This document shows, one piece after another, positions 1-6,073 of a stretch of 24,000 nt of DNA; the first letter of the stretch is position 1, and each line of letters starts with the position of its first letter. A program made the position numbers and the translations under genes. Under the pieces are notes generated by a model. That model saw nothing but the letters and a program-made list of their open reading frames with translations. It was not told the origin of the DNA and ran no database searches. Origin of the DNA: Bacillota bacterium (GTDB lineage Bacteria; Bacillota; Clostridia; Oscillospirales; Ruminococcaceae); assembly GCA_023396225.1 (NCBI GenBank), contig JAEWWT010000027.1, positions 156,202-180,201 of the forward strand, written 5' to 3'.

Positions 1-10
1 TAATGAATAA

Positions 11-40
11 GGGGAGGATGGAAATGTCCTCCCCATTTCT
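11..40 (+). terminator. Terminator-like hairpin of an off-window upstream gene
   Basis: GGGGAGGA (11-18) pairs with TCCTCCCC (27-34) around an 8-nt loop, followed by ATTTCT. It sits just after a TAA at 1-3. The T-run is weak. Confidence 0.4.
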
Positions 41-192
41 GCAAAGTGCTTACATTCAAAAATTACAATATTGTTACGATTTTCTTATTATTGTAATAAA
101 TAATAAATTTATTTATCAGAAATTAGCTTATTTAATATCCAAAATGTACATTGTGAACGAATTGCAAAACTTAAATTTGTATTTAGTGTACA

Positions 193-221
193 TTGACACT
201 TTAGACGCATAATGATAAAAT
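193..221 (+). promoter_or_regulatory. Sigma-70-type promoter of surface-protein paralogue A
   Basis: TTGACA (193-198), a 17-nt spacer, and an extended -10 TGaTAAAAT (213-221). It lies about 110 nt upstream of the ATG at 334. Confidence 0.6.
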
Positions 222-333
222 AATAGCGTGATATACGGATGGATACATATTCCGTATATTCGTTATACGTGTTTCCAATATTATTGGAGATATATAGAAT
301 AAAAATAACAACAAAACAAGGAGGATTTTTTTC

Positions 334-2037
334 ATGAACATGAAAAAGACAATCGCTGCTCTTTCAGCAGCAGCAGTAGCTGTATCTGCAATGGCTACAA
401 CAGTATCAGCTGAAGAAGCTAAGCAGGGTTCATTTACATATGACCTCGTTAGAGAAACAAAGACAATCGAAGACGGTACTGCTACAATAACAACAATTGC
501 TTCAGGTCTTGACCTTACAGCTGCTACAGATCTTAAGATCACAATGAACAATGCTGATGTTAACAAGTATAAGGCTGGCGAGACAACTTACACAATTACT
601 GTTACAAAGCCAGGTACAACTCAGGTTTGGACAAAGGAAATCGGCAGCAAGAATGATAAGGCTAACTTCTCAACATGGATTACATTTGTTGGTGATAATG
701 CTATCGTTACAATCCCTGTTGCTACAGGTGCTACAACAGGCGGTATCGATAATGGTGCAGTTGCATTTGACTCAAACGTAAGAGTTCAGATCGTTGCTCA
801 AACAAAGCACGGCATCAAGGATGACTCACAGAAGAAGTTCAACGCTGCTGTTGCTGCTGGCACAATCAGCACAGAATTTGAAGCTATTTCAGCTGCTAAT
901 GCTGCTGAACTTGCTAAAATTAATGCTGATATCGCTACAGTAAGTGGTTGGGTTATTGGCACAGACGTTAATGGTGCTGCTCTTACAGCTACAGGTGCTC
1001 CTGATATTTCTGGTGTTGCTTTTGACGCTGTTACACAGGCTGATAAGACTGCAACACTTAATGCTCTTGCAGTTCTTAAGAATGCAATCCAGACAAAGGT
1101 TCAGCCACAGATCGCTTCAACAAACGCTGGCGAAAAGATTAACCTTTTCCCAATGATGACAACAGTTAACGGTATTGCTAGACCAAACGGAGTTGGTTCT
1201 GACTATGTTATCACAAATGCTGATGGCAAGCAGGTTCAGAATGATGAATATGACCTTATCACAGCTACACAGTCAAAGGTTTATGATGAATTTGACCTCA
1301 TTGACTACCTCGAACTCAACAGAGGCGACCTCAACGACAGAATTGGTAAGGTTGGCTACCACAATGTACTCCCAGTTCTTAACGACGTTATCGCTAACTA
1401 CGAAGATGTTACATTCACATTCACAACTTCTGCTCTCTATGTAAACATCGATTCAAGAGATAAGAACACAGCTTCTTATGTTAAGAAGGCTGATGATAAG
1501 CACTTTGGTGAAGGTTTCACAGAAAAGAAGGATGATTTCTGGTACAACCCATCATTCGGTCAGCACCTCTATGGTAAGGACTACTATGATGCTGAAGGTT
1601 CAGGATTTGTTGGAACACAGCAGAGCTGGGCATTCAACCTCTTCACAGGCGGTCTTACAGTAAACAACAAGTACACAATGTCACTCAACGATACTCAGGT
1701 ATTCGATTGGGGCGAAAATACACTCTCATTTGATTGGGATTCAGTATCAGATGGTAAGGTAACTAACGCTAGATACCTCCTCGAATACATGAACCTCTAC
1801 ACATCAACACCTTGGTTCTGGGATTCAATGACAGTTGCATTCTCAAATGCAGTTGAAATTGAAGATGCTGAATCTGGTGAAGGCGTTGAAGGCGAAGAAG
1901 AAATCGTTGAAGACGAAGCTCCAGTTGAAGACGAAGCTCCAGCTGAAAACCCAGCAACAGGTAATGCTTCAGTTGCACTTGCTGTTATCCCTGTAGCTCT
2001 TGCTGCAGCAGCAATCGTTGCTAAGAAGAGAAGCTAA
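334..2037 (+). CDS. Secreted cell-surface protein, paralogue A (567 aa), with a putative sortase-type NPATG C-terminal anchor
   Basis: AAGGAGG at 318-324 precedes the ATG. The signal peptide is MNMKKTIAALSAAAVAVSAMATTVSA|EE. The C-terminus has an acidic stalk (EDAESGEGVEGEEEIVEDEAPVEDEAPAE) followed by NPATGN, a hydrophobic helix and KKRS. Codon bias is strong (ACA/GCT/GTT/AAG), like rpsP. The passenger domain was not recognised. Confidence 0.9.
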   Translation: MNMKKTIAALSAAAVAVSAMATTVSAEEAKQGSFTYDLVRETKTIEDGTATITTIASGLDLTAATDLKITMNNADVNKYKAGETTYTITVTKPGTTQVWTKEIGSKNDKANFSTWITFVGDNAIVTIPVATGATTGGIDNGAVAFDSNVRVQIVAQTKHGIKDDSQKKFNAAVAAGTISTEFEAISAANAAELAKINADIATVSGWVIGTDVNGAALTATGAPDISGVAFDAVTQADKTATLNALAVLKNAIQTKVQPQIASTNAGEKINLFPMMTTVNGIARPNGVGSDYVITNADGKQVQNDEYDLITATQSKVYDEFDLIDYLELNRGDLNDRIGKVGYHNVLPVLNDVIANYEDVTFTFTTSALYVNIDSRDKNTASYVKKADDKHFGEGFTEKKDDFWYNPSFGQHLYGKDYYDAEGSGFVGTQQSWAFNLFTGGLTVNNKYTMSLNDTQVFDWGENTLSFDWDSVSDGKVTNARYLLEYMNLYTSTPWFWDSMTVAFSNAVEIEDAESGEGVEGEEEIVEDEAPVEDEAPAENPATGNASVALAVIPVALAAAAIVAKKRS

Positions 2038-2103
2038 TTTTAGCTTAAAGCTGAATAGTTTCATGAAAGATTAACATTACGTTATTCTAACATCTAAATA
2101 AAA

Positions 2104-2137
2104 AGCTGCCCGGATGCAGAACGGGCAGCTTTTTTTG
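2104..2137 (+). terminator. Rho-independent terminator of paralogue A
   Basis: AGCTGCCCG (2104-2112) pairs with CGGGCAGCT (2122-2130), followed by a T7 run. An A-run upstream suggests it may act in both directions. Confidence 0.85.
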
Positions 2138-2188
2138 TGTATTATTTTGAAAAGTAATATATTGAATATTATTGAATAATATGGTACA

Positions 2189-2671
2189 ATGTATTCGGAG
2201 GGATGCATAGTGAATATAGTTGCCGTAATATTGATATTAGTAAGTAGTCTAGTTATACTTTCGTCCATCGTAAATATATTGACAAAGCTAGATAAATATA
2301 GTAAGGTAAGACAGATACTTAAGCACTCTGAAAATGTATTCGGAGAAGTAATGTGTATAACTGAACATAATGAAAAGCTTGGCGGAGCTGAGTGGAAAAC
2401 TCTTAGAATGAATGTGAAATATACTGTCGATAAAAAACAATATGTAATTGACAACATCAAAATAAATAAATCAGACAAAATATTCAAGGGGCAAAATGTT
2501 GTTGTTACATATGATATTAAAAGTCCTGCAAATGCTCTGGTAAAATTGGATATAAACAAAAGAACTTATTTTAATAACGGTAATTTTATTTCATGGCAAT
2601 GGGCAGTTAAAATTTCAGTTGTATTCCTGATTGGAATGGTTGGTCTGCTGTACGCAGTAAGCATACTATAA
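2189..2671 (+). CDS. Small membrane protein, DUF3592-like
   Basis: There is an N-terminal and a C-terminal TM segment. The central beta-like region ends in 'GQNVVVTYDIKSPANALV', which resembles the DUF3592 'V.V.YdP.nP..a' pattern (recalled from memory). GGAGGG at 2197-2202 favours an alternative GTG start at 2210. Confidence 0.6.
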   Translation: MYSEGCIVNIVAVILILVSSLVILSSIVNILTKLDKYSKVRQILKHSENVFGEVMCITEHNEKLGGAEWKTLRMNVKYTVDKKQYVIDNIKINKSDKIFKGQNVVVTYDIKSPANALVKLDINKRTYFNNGNFISWQWAVKISVVFLIGMVGLLYAVSIL

Positions 2672-2675
2672 TAAA

Positions 2676-2712
2676 ACGCATACTTAATGGAAATCCATAA
2701 AGTATGCGTATT
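2676..2712. terminator. Bidirectional terminator hairpin between convergent genes
   Basis: ACGCATACTT...AAGTATGCGT form an inverted repeat between the stops at 2671 (+) and 2714 (-). Confidence 0.55.
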
Positions 2713-2713
2713 A

Positions 2714-3196
2714 TTATTTTTCTATTAAAAGAACGGGATAACCTCGTTCATACTCCTTTACTATGTCAGGATTTTTATCAGCTTCTGCAAAAATTTTGTC
2801 AGCAAGTCCAGTTTCGTTAAGTTCGTTTATAAGTTGACTTAACGGTTTGCTGTACATTGGCGGACATATTGATGCAATCGTGATTACACGCTTTCCCCCC
2901 ATATTCATGATTCTGTAAGGCCAGATTTTACAGTCAAACGGTTTATCGTCTTTAAGTGTGCAGCCTGTATTCATATCAAGCATCGGGCAAAAATATAGCT
3001 CGTTATCATTTTTACGTTCCATACGGAACAGCCAGCTGCTACCTTTGCGTATAAATTTCTGCTCAGGATGATTTGCTAAAATATGATTTTTCAGGTCATC
3101 TGAAACAATTGGTGTCTCCCATAGCTCATAGCTTTCAAATCCGCAGCATATTCTGCAATTTTTGCACTCATCAGGACTAAGAATATTTTTAAGCAA
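2714..3196 (-). CDS. YkgJ-like cysteine-cluster (CxxCxxCC) protein
   Basis: The 160-aa ORF has an N-terminal 'CKNCRICC' matching the CxxCxxCC zinc/iron-chelating motif, plus further conserved Cys residues (FCPM, GCTL, DCKIWP). Confidence 0.7.
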   Translation of the reverse strand: MLKNILSPDECKNCRICCGFESYELWETPIVSDDLKNHILANHPEQKFIRKGSSWLFRMERKNDNELYFCPMLDMNTGCTLKDDKPFDCKIWPYRIMNMGGKRVITIASICPPMYSKPLSQLINELNETGLADKIFAEADKNPDIVKEYERGYPVLLIEK

Positions 3197-3322
3197 TTAA
3201 TCACTTCCTTATTATCAAATGAATTAAATAAAAATATTATGATATAATAATTACATAATAACACAACAGGGGCAGTTGCATTGCTTTGGGTAAATAAATA
3301 GCAAAAAGGATGGGGGATTAAT

Positions 3323-3763
3323 ATGAAAGTAAGTAAAAACCAATATCAGAATATGGTGAAGAAAGCATCACCCGGCTCTAAAAGCTGGATAGACATTCCT
3401 AAGGCATTCGTAATAGGAGGACTAATATGTTGCATAGGTCAGGCATTTCTGATATGGTTCAAGTCAATCGGACTTGATGAAAAATCCGCTGGAACATATA
3501 CATCAATCTGCCTTGTAGTATTAAGTGCAATCTTTACTGGGTTAGGATGGTATGAAAAAATTGCAAAACATGGCGGTGCAGGTACGCTTGTCCCAATAAC
3601 AGGATTTGCAAACGCAGTAGTGTCGCCGGCACTTGAATTCAAAGCAGAGGGTTTTGTTTTAGGTCTTGGTGCAAAAATATTTGTAATTTCGGGACCAGTT
3701 ATACTATATGGGGTGGCGGCATCCTTTATTTACGGATTGATTTATTATTTATTCCTTAAATAA
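3323..3763 (+). CDS. spoVAC: Stage V sporulation protein AC
   Basis: Strong family resemblance by eye: 'KAFVIGGLICCIGQ', 'GAGTLVPITGFANAVVSPALEFKAEGFVLGLG'. There are four predicted TM segments. GGATGGGGG precedes the ATG. Confidence 0.85.
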   Translation: MKVSKNQYQNMVKKASPGSKSWIDIPKAFVIGGLICCIGQAFLIWFKSIGLDEKSAGTYTSICLVVLSAIFTGLGWYEKIAKHGGAGTLVPITGFANAVVSPALEFKAEGFVLGLGAKIFVISGPVILYGVAASFIYGLIYYLFLK

Positions 3764-3765
3764 AG

Positions 3766-4521
3766 CTATTCATCAAAAGCGGATATGCCCATGACTGTAA
3801 CATTGTCTGGGCTTCCGTTAGCTAAAGCTTTGTCAATAAGCATTGAAAGTCTCTTTTGCATACCAATTGGAAGTGCAAGTGTTTCTTCAAAATCTCCCTT
3901 TGAAATATAGTCTGACAAACCATCGGTACATATAATAATCAGGTCACCGTAAGAAATTCCGCCTTCAATTTGTGATATTTCAATTGTTGGATCAGCTGTC
4001 AGATGACCAAGAACAGGAAATATAATATTGCGGTGGGCATGTGAAGATTGTTCTTCTTTGGTAATGTGTCCCTGTTCGTATAAAAGCTGTACAAGTGACT
4101 GATCAGTAGAAAGCTGTTCTATACTTCCGCTGCGGAATCTGTACATTCTTGAATCTCCGATGTTGATCAGTGTAGCATTTTCAAACTCGTCAACGGCAAG
4201 AGCACATAATGTTGTCTGCATATTAATAGATTTATTATGAGTGATGCCATATCGTCTGAGATAATTATGAATATTCATTATTTTTTTGCTCAGATCAGTT
4301 TTCTTGCAATATTTAATATTACTAAGAAGTTCAAGTGCAAGACGTGATGCAATTTCACCGGATGCTTCGCCGGCAACACCATCTGCAACGGCAACAATAA
4401 ACGGACTTTTAATGTTACTTTCAATCTGCGCCTGCGTCATGACAATTTTATTGATTAAAAAAGCGTCTTCATTATTAGAGCGAGTTTTTCCTATATCGGT
4501 CTTACCACAGCAGTAGTACAT
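3766..4521 (-). CDS. PP2C-family Ser/Thr protein phosphatase
   Basis: PP2C motifs are present: 'GKTDIGKTRSNNEDAF', 'VADGVAGEASGEIAS', 'GDSRMYR', 'CTDGLSD', 'GSPDNVTVM'. The GGAGG at 4527-4531 (minus strand) favours the start at 4521 over the ORF-track start at 4554. Confidence 0.85.
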   Translation of the reverse strand: MYYCCGKTDIGKTRSNNEDAFLINKIVMTQAQIESNIKSPFIVAVADGVAGEASGEIASRLALELLSNIKYCKKTDLSKKIMNIHNYLRRYGITHNKSINMQTTLCALAVDEFENATLINIGDSRMYRFRSGSIEQLSTDQSLVQLLYEQGHITKEEQSSHAHRNIIFPVLGHLTADPTIEISQIEGGISYGDLIIICTDGLSDYISKGDFEETLALPIGMQKRLSMLIDKALANGSPDNVTVMGISAFDE

Positions 4522-4757
4522 TGTTGCCTCCACAAAATTCAGCCGAAATACCAAGTAAAATTTCTTTATTCGGCAAAATCAAAAAATACAATTAATTATA
4601 TAATAAAAGTAAAATAATTTCAACTATGATTTAATTATAAATGATAATTATTTTGTTTCATAATATGATACTATATCTATATACATTGATAAGTGAAAAA
4701 ATAGAGGTTCTTTTTGGTTAATCTTATACAAATTTTATATGTAATGAAAGAACATAA

Positions 4758-4786
4758 TTGACAAATTTACAAAAAAGGTGTAATAT
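4758..4786 (+). promoter_or_regulatory. Sigma-70-type promoter of the mini-MCP gene
   Basis: TTGACA (4758-4763), a 17-nt spacer, then TAATAT (4781-4786). Confidence 0.55.
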
Positions 4787-4820
4787 ATAATAAAGTCAGT
4801 ATCAGATGGGAGTTGTTATC

Positions 4821-5366
4821 ATGGCAGCACTTAGTACAAACTATATAAAAGATACAGATTCAACAAAGGCAAGTCAGAATTGTCTTGACGTGGCATCGGA
4901 TTCAGATACTATACTTACTGATGCTGATATCAAAGAGGAAATAAATAATGCCGGCATTATAGCTAAACAGAATCTTGAAAAGATCAAGGGGCTTAATGAA
5001 GCATTTGAACAGCTTAGTAATGTTGCTAAACAGACTTTGGAAGAAGTTGATGCAACTAAGGATACTGTTAAGATTATTCAGGATATTGCTATGAACACAA
5101 GAATTCTTGGATTTAACGCATCAATTGAAGCTTCACGTGCAAAGGAAAGCGGAAAAGGCTTTGGTGTAATTGCTCAGGAAGTAAGGAATCTGGCTGAAAC
5201 AAGTAAGGTATCCGCTGATAAGATTGATGAAATTATGAAGAGAATGACTGATTGTACAAAAGAACTTAACGAAAAAATAGAATATACTGAAAAAATTGCC
5301 GTTGAATGTTATGAAAACCTAAGCGAGTTTATCAGATGCTTTGAACAGCTTCAGAATAACAAGTGA
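4821..5366 (+). CDS. Soluble methyl-accepting-chemotaxis (MCP) signalling-domain protein, short form
   Basis: 'AMNTRILGFNASIEASRAKESGKGFGVIAQEVRNLAETS' resembles the conserved MCP hairpin tip. No TM, HAMP or sensor region is present. GGGAG at 4809-4813 favours the ATG at 4821 (alternative 4806). Confidence 0.7.
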   Translation: MAALSTNYIKDTDSTKASQNCLDVASDSDTILTDADIKEEINNAGIIAKQNLEKIKGLNEAFEQLSNVAKQTLEEVDATKDTVKIIQDIAMNTRILGFNASIEASRAKESGKGFGVIAQEVRNLAETSKVSADKIDEIMKRMTDCTKELNEKIEYTEKIAVECYENLSEFIRCFEQLQNNK

Positions 5367-5393
5367 TTATACATAACGTTGAAAAGAGGTATG

Positions 5394-5512
5394 AAGTTTG
5401 AAAGATAAATCTTTCAAACTATGAGTTTTGTGCTTTTCGAACTGCCGTTCGAAATTTTTCTTAGCAAAAACCACACAAAACATCAAAGAGGGGAAGTATG
5501 GTGATAAATATG
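5394..5512 (+). repeat. Leader-module copy A (26-bp palindrome, second hairpin, SD, ATGGTGATAAATATG)
   Basis: The palindrome AGTTTGAAAGATAAATCTTTCAAACT lies at 5395-5420. The outer stem is GTTTTGTG (5425-5432) with CACAAAAC (5474-5481). The inner stem is TTTCGAAC with GTTCGAAA. Related copies lie at 12407-12532 (-) and 15418-15525 (+). Confidence 0.85.
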
Positions 5513-5716
5513 GATATGCAGACTTCAATTGCTTCTATGGCAACTAGCATGACACAGGCAACATTAATGAATACTGTAAACACTTCAATGATGAAAAAAG
5601 TCATGGATACAAGCACAGATATGGCATCACAACTTATTGAGTCTATGTCTGTTTCAACTCAAAATGTCCAGACTTTTGCTGGTGACGTTGGACATGTCCT
5701 TGATGTAAAAGCATAA
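5498..5716 (+). CDS. YjfB-like 'putative motility protein' family small protein
   Basis: 'MDMQTSIASMATSMTQATLMNTVNTSMMKKVMDTS...GHVLDVKA' resembles the YjfB family (MDI..lsmsmsqa....vavlKKamD....G..lDv.a). The true start may be the second ATG at 5510, which is preceded by GGTGAT. Confidence 0.65.
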   Translation: MVINMDMQTSIASMATSMTQATLMNTVNTSMMKKVMDTSTDMASQLIESMSVSTQNVQTFAGDVGHVLDVKA

Positions 5717-5747
5717 AAGGATAAGATTTCATATTTTAAAGTTATTA

Positions 5748-5783
5748 AAGCACTCGGATAAGGTATATCCGGGTGCTTTTTGT
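5748..5783 (+). terminator. Rho-independent terminator
   Basis: AGCACTCGGATA pairs with TATCCGGGTGCT, followed by TTTTTG. Confidence 0.8.
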
Positions 5784-5857
5784 ATTAAAATTAACTATAT
5801 TGTAAGTAAAAGCGCAATTCATAAACAAAATAAATCCAAATATACATAAGAGTCTTA

Positions 5858-5946
5858 ATGTTAAGGAAAAGTTAAGATATAATTCTTTTGTTGTACACAA
5901 ATATGTTGTAGTATGAGTGACATGGAAGTTAAGATGAAGTTAAGAA
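5858..5946 (+). promoter_or_regulatory. Two pairs of 11-bp-phased GTTAAG direct repeats upstream of paralogue B
   Basis: GTTAAG occurs at 5860-5865, 5871-5876, 5928-5933 and 5939-5944. The second pair is a tandem 11-mer, GAAGTTAAGAT-GAAGTTAAGAA. Confidence 0.45.
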
Positions 5947-6073
5947 AATTAACTCAACGAGGCTATAAGCATTACATATATAATTGAGAAAAAATAATAT
6001 TTGATTGCTTATATTATGGCCTGACTATCCATGTAAAGAAAAAAATTTGAAACAAAACAAGGAGGATTTTTTC

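Noticed and set aside
3-212. 69-aa ORF at the window start
   Set aside because: It is AT-rich with no SD. It spans a terminator-like hairpin and runs into the promoter of the next gene. Its composition looks non-coding.
326-332. T7 (paralogue A) versus T6 (paralogue B, 6067-6072) tract between SD and ATG, and A7 at 6083-6089, as phase-variation switches
   Set aside because: The tracts are short for slipped-strand switching. The T-tract lies in the SD-ATG spacer, where a 1-nt change is tolerated. A single sequence gives no evidence of length heterogeneity.
1860-1945. Acidic E/A/P-rich stalk regions (also 7560-7690, 8240-8350, 8990-9125) as tandem repeats or a CRISPR-like array
   Set aside because: These regions are in-frame low-complexity coding sequence with only short imperfect codon repeats (for example GAAGACGAAGCTCCAG x2). 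There is no repeat-spacer periodicity.
201-2037. Antisense ORF 201-566 and out-of-frame + ORFs (551-781, 944-1156, 1175-1444, 1478-1663, 1769-1978 -) inside paralogue A
   Set aside because: These are by-products of the extreme codon bias (GCT/ACA/GTT/GAA), which depletes stops in other frames. Their translations are low-complexity L/Q/M/S-rich, and none has an SD.
6005-6073. TTG-initiated N-terminal extension of paralogue B (MLILWPDYPCKEKNLKQNKEDFF)
   Set aside because: The AAGGAGG SD lies inside this extension, directly ahead of ATGAACATGAAAAA. Paralogue A starts at the equivalent ATG, and the signal peptide begins there.
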